Below are positions 1 to 16,882 of a stretch of DNA of 64,000 nucleotides, in pieces (position 1 is the first letter of the stretch; each line of letters starts with the position of its first letter). The position numbers and the translations under genes were made by a program. The notes under the pieces are model-generated. The model worked only from the letters and a program-made list of their open reading frames with translations, was not told where the DNA came from and ran no database searches. The DNA comes from Schmidtea polychroa (lineage: Eukaryota): NCBI GenBank assembly GCA_044892525.1, contig CM097885.1, forward strand, positions 38,008,001-38,072,000, in the 5' to 3' direction.

Positions 1-1073
1 CTCCCAGAGGTGTACGGTTCATGGCACCTGGTGCAATGCACCATGCTCGTTGGATGTCCGAGGTGATATACAGCCTAAAAATTATGATGTTCAAGGCGCA
101 GTTCAAGCTGAATACTGCAGAAGAGCGAGGGTTGCGTGATGTTTGTGTATTTGCAGTACGAGTGTACCTGAAAGCTTGGATATCTGCACCTCAAGCAGCA
201 GGTGCTCCATTCAGTGACTTGCTGCTGCTGAAGTCGCTGCTCGAGTACTCATCAATACATGCAGCCATTTCAAAGGCAACATCTCGCAAGTTTGCAAATC
301 ATTTGTGGTACTTATCCGAGAAACTGGTAAGCTTGGCTTTTTTCGACAGTCGGGTCAGTTCGTCAACCAAACGACTGATGGTGAGTGCCATGCAAAATGA
401 TGAAAACCAGGATTCTGATCATTGCAAACGTATCACAGTTGCTCTTGGTTCATTCAAAGAGAAAAACTTGGAAGATTTTGTCACAGCTAAATCAATGATT
501 CTGCTTCAACAGCTTGAACTGCCAGATGGATTTCTTGCAGTTGACCCAGACTTGTGTGGAGACAGAGATGATTACAAACAAGCTGCAGAAACAGTTACAT
601 CTCTAAAAGTTGTAAATGACCATGCTGAGCGTGGAGTGGCCCTCATTCAGGAATACAGTGGATTAATCACCCGTGATGAAACACAACTTCAATTCTTGCT
701 GCAAGTTGTCCAGGACCATCGCAAAATGTATCCCGACAGCAGGAAAAAGACTCTGTCCGCCATCTCTGGGTTTACATAATAACAGTTAATTTCAAGTTTG
801 CTGGACATTTACAGATTGTTTGTGTCAGAAGCTAAAGAAACATTTCACTATTAATGTCTATGTGTGTAACACTGAAGTTTGCAAAAAAATAAAATAGAAT
901 CAGAATTTGTTGAATTTACAAAAATTTTATCATATTTCAGGCACTTGAGCTACCTCTAAACATAAAAATTTATTGCTTAAACTTTTTATACAGTGTTTCT
1001 ATACCATAAGGGACATATTAGGGGGGTAAGACTTTCAAAAATTATTTTTTTTTATTTTTTAAGCTCCACCCTA
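1..1073 (+). mobile_element. 3' part of a hAT-superfamily (hATm-like) DNA transposon
   Basis: Transposase ORF followed by a terminus ...AAGCTCCACCCTA (reverse complement TAGGGTG, typical of hATm). The 3' ~360 bp recur almost identically at ~42760-43127 and end at the same base. Confidence 0.8.
21..779 (+). CDS. hATm-like transposase, C-terminal part (5' end outside window)
   Basis: Motifs PGAMHHARWM, HLWYLSE and VVNDHAERGV. Confidence 0.75.
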   Translation: MAPGAMHHARWMSEVIYSLKIMMFKAQFKLNTAEERGLRDVCVFAVRVYLKAWISAPQAAGAPFSDLLLLKSLLEYSSIHAAISKATSRKFANHLWYLSEKLVSLAFFDSRVSSSTKRLMVSAMQNDENQDSDHCKRITVALGSFKEKNLEDFVTAKSMILLQQLELPDGFLAVDPDLCGDRDDYKQAAETVTSLKVVNDHAERGVALIQEYSGLITRDETQLQFLLQVVQDHRKMYPDSRKKTLSAISGFT

Positions 1074-1496
1074 ATCACAAATTATTGATTCATAATATGA
1101 TTATTTCAACATTTGATCACACTTAATATTTTTGGCTTTTGTTACTGCTTCTGTAACAATGAATAAATCAATGTCAAACGCACTTTTGCACTAAAACACG
1201 TACATGACTTTGTGGTGGTTGGAATAGACTATATTTTGTATTATGGAAGGGATATTTCAAATTTTCATAACTCCTGATAGAAATGACCTAGCGAGCTACA
1301 AATATTTGTTTCATATTGAAAATGCTGTGTAAATTTTATGATCGGAGATGTTTTTATATTTTTCAGACAAACAGATGTACCTAAAATGTCTAATAATTCT
1401 CAGTTAAATACGTTTCATTTTATAATCAAGATAATAATTGTTTTTTTTTGAAAATTATCTGTTTAAATAGTTCAAAATCGTATGGATGTAATTTAG

Positions 1497-1850
1497 ATTC
1501 TATCTGATCTCAATATCGGTGGCCAAGAAGAAATCATCGGTCTTATGAATAATAACAACGAGGAAAATAAAGCCTCATCTGCATCTTCATATTCTAATTC
1601 CAGCTCTAAATCTGTAGATGATTATCTGAAATCTGATCTCAATGCAATAATTAAAAAACCCTTTGGTTTACCTCCGAATTGGCATTCTCGTCAAGCAGAA
1701 AATGGGAAATTATATTATTACAATACTGTAACTAAAATAACACAGTGGGAAATTCCCGTTTATCCATGGGATGCTGGTGAAGGAGATCCCATGGCTTATA
1801 ATTTTGGAAATGCTAGTGATTATCAAATATCAAGGAAGGACGTGCTGATT
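1497..1850 (+). CDS. SETD2: SETD2/Set2 exon encoding the WW domain
   Basis: LPPNWHSRQAENGKLYYYNTVTKITQWEIP resembles the SETD2 WW domain (LPPNWKTARDPEGKIYYYHVITRQTQWDPP). AG at 1495-1496; probable phase-0 GT at 1851 (1842 is an alternative). Confidence 0.8.
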
Positions 1851-1910
1851 GTTCGTTGATTTTATTTTATAATCACAGGAACTTTATTTAGGTGGTTTTA
1901 TTTCGTTTAG

Positions 1911-2045
1911 ATGTTTGAAGAATACAGGAAAAGCTATAAATTACAGAGATTAGAAGAAAGACGCAAGACACGTTTAGAAAGATCAATTCAAAGAAAATTA
2001 AATCTTTCACCTGGCGAAAAGAATAAAATTGAATTTAGCAAGCAA
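1911..2045 (+). CDS. SETD2: SETD2 exon (linker and start of SRI domain)
   Basis: tttag|ATG...AAG CAA|gtaag. Open 45 codons ending KNKIEFSKQ, phase-compatible with both neighbouring exons. Confidence 0.75.
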
Positions 2046-2132
2046 GTAAGAATATTTATAATTTATATTAATAATATATAATTATAATTAAAATTTTAAT
2101 AATATAAATAATAAATATTGTAATTAAAATAC

Positions 2133-2232
<100 letters not shown>

Positions 2233-2257
2233 GTGATGATTTCTTGTTAGCAGCATT

Positions 2258-2900
2258 TATTATTTAAAACAATAAAGTGATAATCTAAGTCTTTTGCCGC
2301 AAATAATGTATTTAATGAAAATATTTTCGACTATACGATAGTTCTTGTCAATCTCCTGGAATTTAGCAATTTCCTTCCCGAAAATACATTTCTATCTTTC
2401 TTTATTTCATTTTTCTTCATTCTCAATGGTTATAAATGTAATATAATATAATGATATACTTTCTTTTTCTGGATTTTTTTTAAAAATTTTACTTAAAATT
2501 AAAATTATAATTAAAATAAAATAAATATCATTTAAAATTCAAAATGACAAAAACTAAAACCTTTATATTTTTTAAAGTTTCTATAATTAGCTTTTAGAAG
2601 CCTAATAAAATATTTCAAAATATTTTCTCATCATAAACAGACAGCCAAAAATCAACACTAAAGAAGAAATCAATGAAATCATGAATTTGTCTGTTTTCAT
2701 TGACCTTGAGAATATCTGATAATATATAAAAAAATAAAAAATACAATAAATTTAAAAAAAAGTAATAATTAAAATAATATAGAAAATTTTAGGAAATATA
2801 CTTTCAAAAGATAGGATTTAAAAATCAAAATTGACACATTTATTGAAATATTTAAATAGCGTATATAACTAGTTATTGGAGGCTTTATTTTAAAATATTT
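2258..2900. mobile_element. Penelope-like element 3' fragment with internal inversion
   Basis: 2258-2625 matches 36655-36975 directly; 2626-2900 matches ~36970-37230 in reverse complement. Confidence 0.75.
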
Positions 2901-2929
2901 TAACAATGGTTTTTGATTAGTTAAAATGT

Positions 2930-3720
2930 TTAAAGCTAGTCCTCATCCACGAAAAGAGTAGTTGGTGGTGGGAGAATACATCGCTTGGTTTTCTTGAGGA
3001 GATTCTGGTGAAGGAAGTAATTAAGCTGGAAATTATAAAAATACAAGTTACAAGAACCTTTATATCTGATCGAGATTTTTCCTTGGCTGAGCAGAATAAT
3101 ATTGTTTTAAAAGCAACATACAATTGGTTTTCGGGTTTTGTGAGAAGAAATGGCCGTATCTGATATTTCGAACCATCAACTGCATGTGTTCTTTTCAACA
3201 TATCTCCTAAGTATCAATTTATCTAAGACATTGTTGATAGATGAAACCACCATATACTTTGAAGACCATCGAACTCAAACAGTTGATTTAAGGGGCTACA
3301 AGCATGTCATCATAAAGTCAACAGGATTTGTGTCTATGAGGATAACTCTGGCGCTATCAGTTTGGGCAAATAGTAGAAAGGCAGTCCCTCTAGTAATATA
3401 TAAAGGCAAAGATTCATAAAATATTATAAAAAGTGGAAATGTGCAATAAAATCAATATTTGGAAGAACTCTGGGAGTATAGAGTTCACAATAGCAAGTAA
3501 TTCCAAACAGCCAAGCCATTAAACAGTTAATCCTTGGGTCGGTGAGACCTTTCTGCTGAAAATATATTAGTTCGACAGGATTTTCCACTAATATTGAAGA
3601 CTGGCATATTTCAAAGCATGGGTGTTTACAGGAAAATATTTCGTGTCAACTTTCTTAGTTTAAAATTTAAATGCAAATATTTGACTTCGGAGATTTACGA
3701 ATGCTGCAGACCAATATAGA
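2930..3720 (+). pseudogene. pogo/Tigger-like transposase relic
   Basis: CENP-B-type ...WFSGFVRRNG, then DETTIYFED...KSTG...RITLAL...PLVIYKG; frameshifted. Boundaries approximate. Confidence 0.65.
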
Positions 3721-5266
3721 GTCAAATATAGAAAAATTAATGTCAAAACACATCTTATTAGAAATTAATTTTATTTTACTTGGATTCATTTATTAATCTA
3801 AATGTGCAATTTATATTTTGTTGTTTAGTTTTTGCTCAATAAATAAATATCTTTTTGAAACTAAAAATACTCATAATTAATACTTCAACAATTTAAATAA
3901 CGGCCTATCTTATTTGTAACACTATTGATATGTACATAAAAATGTTCAGTACTGTTTAGATTTCATTTAGAAATTGGGATGTGGTTCATTTGTCACAGAA
4001 GATCAGTTATTGGAAGAATCTAACAAATTGTTACCCTAATTTGATAGAAATTTGAATTTAAAAGTTTTAAGGATAAAAATTTAAAGTCATCCACGAATTT
4101 AAAGTTAAAAGGTACCGAAAAAATGAATTCTGTTTGCTCTATGCAAAATCAAGCATTTCAATGCTGCAATAATGATGGCAATCTCAACTATGAAACAAAT
4201 CGAACCTTCGTAAAATATCTTTTCCCAAAACAGTATTTATTAAGAAAACTTGACTATGAACCAGTAAATATATCGATAAATATAATTTTTGATATATTTA
4301 CTGATTCATAGGTAAGCTTTCTTAATAAATAATAATATAATTAATAAATAGTAATTAAAATTATAATTTATATAAAAATTAAAACAATATTTTTAATAAT
4401 AATAATAATTATGTAAATACATAAATCTCTATATTAAAATCACCAAATGGCAAATTTTATTATAATTTTTAATTTTGATCGACAACATGATATTTTTATT
4501 TTAATGTTATCTGAAAATCGATTTTCCTCTATCGAATGATGCATAATTTGTCCAATTTAGACCATTAGTTATTGTTATTGAATTTGTACCACATATTGAA
4601 TCTTTTTTTTTAAACATACAAATCTATGAATAATTATGTATTTGGATTGATAACATGATTCCATCGTTTTTGACGGGTTATTATAGCTAGTTATTATTAT
4701 AATTATAATAAAAAGAAATATAAAAATAGATTTCAGTAATATATAAATTTGAGTTTATCCAATAAACGGAATATTGATTTACAGTCTGTAAATAAATGAA
4801 GATAAAGGAAATTGCAAATCTTAATAAACTAATTGTGGAAAGATTTTTATGTTAACATATTTTGCTTTCACTTACCTAAAATTTCACTATTTGCAAATTA
4901 GTGTTATTGATTCATTTGATTGCACCATTTGTGACATTTTATCACACATGAGTTCTTTTCATCTAAAAAATATTTAGTATTTGAATCAAAATGAAATTCA
5001 ATTCATTCAACTTACGGAAAGTAGAATGCATTTCTAAGCTTTGACGTCGTGCACGAATTCGTCAAGAAATTTTTTAATTTGTGCAGTAATCGATTGATAG
5101 GTTCTATGAAATATCATTTTAACATTAACGGATTAAAACATTCCATCGACATGTAAAGTTTCAAATGATTCGGTTCATATTGATTTGTGGATATTGGGAA
5201 TTGGATTAATTTATTAGATATTAAAATCATCACCATGTCACAAATAATAATTGAGTTTGTCATCAG

Positions 5267-5368
5267 GTATTCAGAGCTGTCAAAACTGTGGTCAAGCCTT
5301 ATAACACATCATCTTGTAAAATTGGACGTATCCAACACAAGCAGGACCTGAAATTTTTATGCGAAAAG
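5267..5368 (+). CDS. SETD2: SETD2 exon, SRI domain middle (not in the ORF track)
   Basis: cag|VFRAVKTVVKPYNTSSCKIGRIQHKQDLKFLCEK|gtaa aligns to SETD2 IVQCLNPYRKPDCKVGRITTTEDFKHLARK. Confidence 0.85.
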
Positions 5369-6279
5369 GTAATTTATCAATGATTATTATAACTATGAAC
5401 TAAATTGTTAACTTCAAATAGTGAATTTCTTAAATATATTTCTCATATCAGATATTATTCATTTTATTGCACTTTTATTTCATTATAAACTCTAATTCAA
5501 ATATACTGAATATATTTAGCTAAGTACAATGTTCAGTTAAATTTCACCACATTTCACCGACTTCTTTTTCACTTGGCATTTTATATATTAGGTAAATGCC
5601 ATGGAATCTATGATGAACTCATTGTTGAAATCGCCACTTCAGTATGTAGAAAATATTTGATTAAAAAATTAAATACTTTTGCATGTTTGATTGGAATATT
5701 CTGTCAATTTTATTAAAGTCACTATTGTTGTTATTGTTATTTGAAAATAATGGTTTCTTACTAGCAGCATAGTTTTTAAAATTCTCTTTATATCTAACTC
5801 TTTTTCATTCTCTCAAAATTAGAATTCCAATATGTGTGCTTAATGCTATGAAATATTTAAAATTACGCAAAATCACATAGTTAAGAAATTATTTTAAAAG
5901 TAATATTTTGAACAAAATTTTGAAAATAATTATAAAATTGAATATTTTTCAAAAAGCTAATTATAGTGCCTTCGATCGATCTGAAATTTTGAAAGAATGC
6001 ATTGTTCTATCTGCCAAATTTCAGCTCGATCCAATCACGGGATTTTTTTTATCCTGGACAAATCTCGAACAAGCTTTTATATTATTCATTGTATAATATC
6101 TAATTGATTCATTAATTATTGATACAGAATACTTACAAACATACATAAGTACCAACATTCAAAAACAACCATCAAACATAATAAATAACCTCTGATATTG
6201 AAATTACGATTTAGCTATATCATTATGCAATTGGTTAGTTTAACTAATTTTGTAATATTTATTTAGCATTCTTCCTGGC

Positions 6280-8110
6280 ATTTTCCTTTTTTTAAACCAT
6301 GAGCCACTCCACATTCGAATAATTTCCTTTCCGTTTTTATCCCTCATTTTATAGCTTCTTTTTCATGAATCTGTTCTATAATTTAATACGGTCCTTGATA
6401 ACGTGTTGTACCTTTATCCGAATGAATTGTTCTAGGAGCTCCAAATTGCAATATCCAGTTTTCTCTTGAAACTTTAACAGTAGTCTTTCTATCTTGATTT
6501 GCCACTGCTGCTAGGTGAATCGACCAATAATTGCCAAAATATATTGTTTATCGTGTATTGTTTTAATAAACGGCCTAAAAAATCAATAAATATTTATTTA
6601 AAAACTGCATCGGTGCTTTGTCTTATAGTCATTTCTTTGGTTTTCCCTGTACATATCTTCCGCATTTGGCATTCAACACAGTTTTCCACAATATTCATTA
6701 ATATCTAGATTTAAAATTTTCCTTGTGTATACATGTTTTTCTTTTATTGGAAGAACACAACTCTTTATGCAGATCATTAAAAAACAATCCTTTATTTTTA
6801 CTTCTTCGTCTTCATTTCCCTTTCAATCTTCAATTGTTAGCATCTTCATTTTACTCTTTTGATTTTACGTCTCCATGAATTGTCTGAAACTGTTTGCATG
6901 TGTTACAATTATTCCCTCCTTTTCGATATGACGATTTTATATCCAATCCACTTAATATATAGAATTGGATAATAATGTGTTCTAAATATTATGGCCATTC
7001 CTTAACTTGAATGTTTTCCAGTATAGATAGTGCTTAAAGTACTGAGTGAAGTGATAAATTGTCACCAATTCTTTTCCGGTAATGCAATACTCAATTCTAT
7101 ATTTGTTCATCGTCCGTGATCCATATGTAATCACTTGTTTCTGTCATTTATTATATAGTTGCGATAGTACTACTCTAATCGTGTTGAAACTAACATATGT
7201 GCCTAAAACAAAGTCCTTTGATAAATCCGGAAATCCCAGTACGCCAGTTGATATCAACATATTTTTTAAAGTTTTGAAACTTCCTTCACATTTTTCTGTT
7301 CATATCGGCTTGTATATTTCGCATAATCTCTGACAAACTTTCTATAATAATTCATCAATCATAAAAAACTTCTCAATCATTTGATACATTTTGGATTTTT
7401 GTATTCATGTATTGTTTTAATATCTTGTATATTAAAATGACATTTTGCTAAACCTATTTTTAATCCTGCTTCTTTAATTAAAAAAAACTCTTTCCAATCG
7501 TTTTCTATGCTTTTCTACATTATTTGGAATATGAGAATATCATCAAGGTAAACCGATGCTTCTTTCCAAAAAAGATCACACAAAACTTCGGTCATCAATT
7601 TTTGAAAAGTAGCTGTGTAACAGCTGCGATTCCAAAACGCATGCCGTTGAAATAATATTGTCCATTTTTAGCACAAAACGCTGTTTTAAGTTTCGATTCT
7701 TCATCCAGTTCCACTTGGTAATATGAATTACTAAGATCAATAGTACTAAAGACTTGGGCGTCAATGACTCCGCGTTACTAAGTATATGCATCATGTTTTC
7801 GATATTTGGAATAGGAAACCAAAGTCTTTCCGTTAGACCATTTAATACTCGAAAATCTAAACATTCTTATATCCGACTTGTTTTTCTTCAAAATACATAC
7901 TAGTGGACTGTTCCATACTTTCTAACATTTCCTGAATTTTATCCGCTACAAATATAAGTTGACGCCTCGGGTTAATGGTAACTTGATTTCCATTAGCAAC
8001 TATTTTATGTTTAATTAAAGACTTATTTCCCAAATTCCATTTGTGTTTCATAACAACTTCCGAATACTTATCAATTAACTTTTTAAACTGGGGTTTCGAT
8101 ATCACATTTC
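6280..8110 (-). mobile_element. Decayed Gypsy pol relic in SETD2 intron
   Basis: Broken RT/RNase H motifs: NPRRQ, FPIPNI, STIDLSNSYYQVEL, VYLDDILIF, VITYGSR. Boundaries approximate. Confidence 0.75.
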
Positions 8111-8487
8111 ATGTTACTTATTTCTCTATCTTAACACTATCTTAATTTTATTTTATGTCAAATACCTACACTAGGTCTATCGTTCATTTGTTCATAAATA
8201 ATGTTCTGAGAACATTATAGTTCACGTTTACCCATTTTTTACTTTTATTAAGTACTATTCATAGCAATATATTAAAATACATAATTTTATCCCGTTTATT
8301 ATTTAGATCAGCTAAACCACATTCTAAATTACCTTCATAATCAAAACACATGCATTGACAATCATTCAAAATCAAGTCATTAATTTTTAACTTATCAACC
8401 ATTTTAAATTCTTTTATGAAACAAATTGTTAAATGACATTCATTCAAATGCAGATATTCTGTTTGAATAATAAACTTAAACCAAGTT

Positions 8488-11400
<2,913 letters not shown>

Positions 11401-12300
11401 CCATTACATATTTCTTTGGATTGATGTTACGATTTATTTTTTCTATTTCCAATAACATTTCTTCGCAGTCAACTCAAATTAACGATTAATTAAGGAAATT
11501 TTGAAAAAACATTTATATAGTAAAAATATTTAAAATTATATGAAACGATATGACAAAAAGGAGGGAAAAGAAGAAATACCCAAAAGAACTCTTGATATTT
11601 ATTAATTTATCTAAAATTCCTCTCTTCTTATTCCCTTTAGTGCAAAACTTCTTACGTGGTGGTAGAATCCTTTTAAATCTATATTAATTAAAAAAATATT
11701 AATTGGAAACTTATCATGCAAAATTTATTTTTAATTTTATTTTCATATAAAAAAATGATTTTCAAGACAAGCATAGTCTTATTTAGTAGAAATATTTTAT
11801 TTCATATTTAAGTACAAGACTAATATATATCAAATACAAATGTGATGAAAGTAAAATAATAATATATGCTATAAGTTATAATAATATATACTATAACGTT
11901 GCACAAAAACTGTTATTTAATTTAATTGGTTATATTCGAAAAATGAGGAAACATTTCGCAAACATTTTCATAAACCAATATTTATCGGAATTCAGATTTT
12001 GCAACTGATATTTTTCAAATACAAAAATTCTTTATGCAATAAAGAATAATCATTCACAAAAAAGAAAGGATAAAGATTACAAATCAAAGACTAAATATAG
12101 TTTAATTTATATCAACAAAATCTTCATTACACATGCAATTATTAGACTTTTGAAAAAGTTAATTCTCTAAATGTTAATTTGAAGCCAATTATCATAATTT
12201 ATTTATTCACCTTTTATACAATAAATTTTTATTGATATAATAAGAAATATAAAATGATTTCACTTATTATTATTTTCACCACTGATTATTTTTTCCATTA

Positions 12301-12633
<333 letters not shown>

Positions 12634-13248
12634 TTTATTACTTTATTTATTACTAAGCCTGCTCATAAAATTATAAATATAGATTTTGCATGCTATGTCT
12701 ATAATGTGACGTTTTACCGAAATTATTAGATTAATTCGTATGAAATATCATTCCAGCTATAAAAATGCATTTGACAATTATATGCAACTCGCAAATTGTA
12801 ATTGTTACATTTATGCAGTGAACGCTATTAAATTTCTTTTGTGTTAAAACATATTTAGCAACATAGTAAAGGTTTTTAAATAAAAAGTAAAAACTTGAAA
12901 GATTATTTGTTCGTTAAACACAACCTCATAACTTTGAATAACTTTATCTTTTTTATTATTATTTCAATAAAACAATCTATATATAACTATAAATTATGTG
13001 ACGATGGTTTTAGTTAAATCCTGATTCAAAATGTAATTCATGATAGAATCAAATTTTCTGATTCATTATATAATATGGAAATGTAAAGCAAAGTTAAAGG
13101 TTTTATCGTATAAACATAAGTTATTATTTTTCCATATATTATTATTATATATCATCTGGTTAAAAAGAAACTAAAAAAATAGATTACTCATAAAATTTAT
13201 GAAATGTTTAATTATTCTAACTTTATTCATGAAAAAAATAAATTCTAG

Positions 13249-13533
13249 TTTGCGGACACAATTATCGGCAAAGAAGTGAAATTAGTGGCAAATCTCGAGG
13301 ATCTCGAAATGAATGCCAATGTCAAATCAAAAATTAAAACCTACATTGAAAAATTTATGGCTAATCAAGGCAGATGTTATAAACGATCTTCAAAATCGAA
13401 ATTTAAATCATCTAAGAAGTTTTCATTGAACGCCAATTTATTAAGCAATTGCGCAACGAATACTAGTAAAACTGCAGAATCAAATAAGCCAATTATTTCC
13501 GATGGGAATTATTCTCCAGATTTTTCCCCCTAA
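13249..13533 (+). CDS. SETD2: SETD2 last coding exon (end of SRI domain)
   Basis: ctag|FADTIIGKEVKLVANLEDLEMNANVKSKIKTYIEKFM aligns to LTHGVMNKELKYCKNPEDLECNENVKHKTKEYIKKYM. Stop at 13531-13533. Confidence 0.85.
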   Translation, partial: FADTIIGKEVKLVANLEDLEMNANVKSKIKTYIEKFMANQGRCYKRSSKSKFKSSKKFSLNANLLSNCATNTSKTAESNKPIISDGNYSPDFSP

Positions 13534-14861
13534 TTTCATGATATGTGCGATGTATAATAGTAACGATAGAAAACTATAATTTGTAATTGTTATCGGCAGC
13601 GATTGTTTAGTAATTTTCCCAATTGATGATGAATGATGATGAATGATAGCAATGTTTGATAATGTCCAGCTTTTTGGAATTTGGCAGATGTTGTTCATAG
13701 ATATAAATAATTTTGATTCTTTTAGAATGAATTCTTTCTTTCCAGTTTGTCTTTTCTGTAAATATCTGGAATTTGTTTGTTATTATTTATTATAACGATT
13801 TCATGCTTGTTTATGTGAATGTTTCTATTTGTTATTTCATTGTGATAATGATATCCTGTATTACACGATATGCGATATTAATAATAATTATAATTATAAT
13901 AATTTCGGTGTATTTCTCAGCTGTGAAAATATCAAATAAATTTTTTAATAATTTGTTTTACGTTTTCAATATCATTTATATATTATTACTATTTTTTTAT
14001 AGTATAATTTTGGAGCTAAAAATTAAGGTATAGTATAGGATACTAATAATTTATATGTAGGAAAAATAAACATCTGCTTGAAATAAGGACAGAAATTAAG
14101 AGTAATTTATTATAGAGATAAATAAAATACGCCGGGACAATAATTAAGGGATTTAAAAATAAAAATATACAAGTTGAATGTTTTTCTAGCAATTTATCAT
14201 ATTTCACTTTTCCATCAGTGTTATAAAGGGCAAAGGATGGCAAAGCAAACTATAATTTATATAAAAAATTCCAATTTAAAATTTGGAAAATACTTTCCGA
14301 TACAAGAGAGAACTATAAATTTGTTTCCTTGAATAATTTTTAAAATAAAAAAGTATTCGAAAGCAAAAATAAATCAACTTTTTATTTCTTCTGTCAATTA
14401 CAGAAAACATACAATAAAGTTCTAAAGTGACAATAATGATGAAGAGGATGCTAACAACGACATTTACGACTCCATCTATATCATGTATTTTAAACTGAAG
14501 AATAACCATTCCACATGATATACATCTATAGCAAATATGTTTATTGTAAATTTTCTGTTTACATTTCACATGTTAACATGAGTTTGTTTTTATTAATCAT
14601 TTCAGTAAAACAAATAAAAGGTGTTTTTAAATAAATAATCAATCACAATTTATAAAATTAAGGATCACGAAGACGTGTTTAGAATTGAATTTATCTGACT
14701 CTCACATAGAACTACATATTGAAAATAAAACTGTTATTCTACGGGAAAGACTTGTGCTAAATACGTAACTGTATTTCATCAGAAAGGCTATTAAAATCGA
14801 AACTAGCTTCATACGGATTCGAAAAAAGAATACTATGAATAAAGTTTTAAAAATATATGTC

Positions 14862-15478
14862 TTAAATAATTACATCGCCACTAGAAAAGACTGAGTTGTC
14901 TGTCACAGCAGCGCTAATTCCTGAGATTTCATTAAATGGAAATTGTTTCGTGTTTTCTAAAACCCCATCAGTTGCAGACATTGTTTCACTGCTGTCGTTT
15001 TTGTTGCTGAATTCAACATCAACAGCCGTAGTTAAAATATCTTGGCACGTGCCACTTTCAGATTCTTTTTGAAAAGATTTCTCTTCGCTTTGTTTGACAG
15101 GAATACATTTTCTGCGTATCCATTGGTGCTTCATTGCTTCACGAGGTTTCATTCGAGTTTCGGGGTTGAAATCCAAGGATCTGCGAATAAAGTCAACGAA
15201 TAATGGATCGTTTCCCGCTGTTTTCAGTTCATTGCAAAGGCTTTTCGATCCTGGCGGACCTCGATATTTACCACGTTTTGTGAAACTACCTTTCAATTTA
15301 TTCATGCTTGGATTAAACGGATCTTCGGCAACTTCACAATATCTTGGAATACAGTCACTCGTGAAGAACTTGTTTGTTCGTTTACAATTAAGGAGCAAAT
15401 TATAAGGGGGTAAACCAAGCGATTCAATCATACAACTTAACTGGTCTGATTCATCTTCTCCCGGAAATAAGGGATAGC
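14862..15478 (-). CDS. DYRK2: DYRK paralog A, exon 2 (kinase C-lobe end)
   Basis: ctag|GC TAT joins the exon-1 G to give G-YPLFPGEDESDQL; KRGKYRGPPGSK insert typical of class-2 DYRKs. Confidence 0.88.
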
Positions 15479-15731
15479 CTAGCAAATAAAATAATTTATG
15501 TCACATTTATTTGCAAATAATAATTTGTTTATTCCATAAATAATATAGACAAATAAATTCACCTCTATGGCAAATTTATTTGATAGCTTAATATCTTTTA
15601 CACAAATAAAACGGCTTTAATACCAGTTACTTTAGATTTTAATAAACACACCATACTGATATATATTACAGATAGCAGTCGACTTGCATTGCACTTCATT
15701 TTAGTTGTTAATATTAATTCATTAAACCTCA

Positions 15732-15839
<108 letters not shown>

Positions 15840-15868
15840 GTGCATGGAATAAAGTAGAATATGTTTAA

Positions 15869-15991
15869 AGTAGGGTAATGTGTGGAGTCGGGAACAAAGA
15901 CATATGACGTCATCGATGACGTCACAACGACATATGAGTCATACCCCCGGGGTTTTTTTAAACAAAGACATATGACTCATCGTGGTGACTC
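15869..15991 (+). repeat. Polinton left TIR
   Basis: Reverse complement of 27622-27753 with small indels. Confidence 0.93.
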
Positions 15992-16230
15992 TACATTTAC
16001 CAGTTTTGAAATATATTATTGGATATTTTTTACTTCTATTGATGAGTTGTTGTGGTTTCCCCATTGGAAATACCATTTTTGATACATCAGCTTTTGCCCT
16101 GTAATTTATATTTGAAAGCATTTTAATGAAATAATTATAAAAACTCTGCTATATATATATAGTTATTTTAAAAAGGAGTTCATTTAAATTATCAATATAA
16201 ACAATAATTATATAGTTTAAATTTAAAAAA

Positions 16231-16869
16231 ATGGAATTACGAAATGATGCAGTATACCAAATCGTTGGTCCGAGTGGTAGTGGAAAAACATTATTTGTTT
16301 GTAAATTACTAAAATCAAATTTATTCAAAACAAAATTTAACAATATTTATTGGCATAGGGGTGCTGATGAAGAACATGGATTGACACAATCAAGTTTCTG
16401 TCAATTGAAAAACATGAAAATAGTAAAGGGTTTTGATAAAAACTGGTCAAGTCGTTTGAAGAAAGATGATGTCATCATTATCGATGATTTGTATCAAGAA
16501 GCTAATAAAGAAAAGGATTTTAATAATTTATTCACAAAAATCAGCAGACATGTCGGTGTAACAGTTATTTTCATAACACAAAATCTATTTCATCAAGGTG
16601 GTGCACATCGAACACGTAATTTAAATGTACAATATTTAGTTATTTTCAAGAATCCTAGAGATGCAACTGTCATTGATTTTCTTGGACGACAAGCATACCC
16701 TAATAACCGTAATTTTCTTATCAATGCATTTCAAGATGCTACAAAAATACCTCATGGGTATATATTTCTCGATTTCACACAACAATGTCCTGATGATATA
16801 CGGGTAAAAACAGATATTTTCAACCCAAAAGGTGCCATGGTTTATAAACAAAGTTCAAAACAAATTTGA
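16231..16869 (+). CDS. A32/FtsK-like DNA packaging ATPase
   Basis: Walker A GPSGSGKT, Walker B IIIDD, SRH..V..I.ITQNLF, FKNPRD. Confidence 0.92.
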   Translation: MELRNDAVYQIVGPSGSGKTLFVCKLLKSNLFKTKFNNIYWHRGADEEHGLTQSSFCQLKNMKIVKGFDKNWSSRLKKDDVIIIDDLYQEANKEKDFNNLFTKISRHVGVTVIFITQNLFHQGGAHRTRNLNVQYLVIFKNPRDATVIDFLGRQAYPNNRNFLINAFQDATKIPHGYIFLDFTQQCPDDIRVKTDIFNPKGAMVYKQSSKQI

Positions 16870-16882
16870 AAACACATAAATC

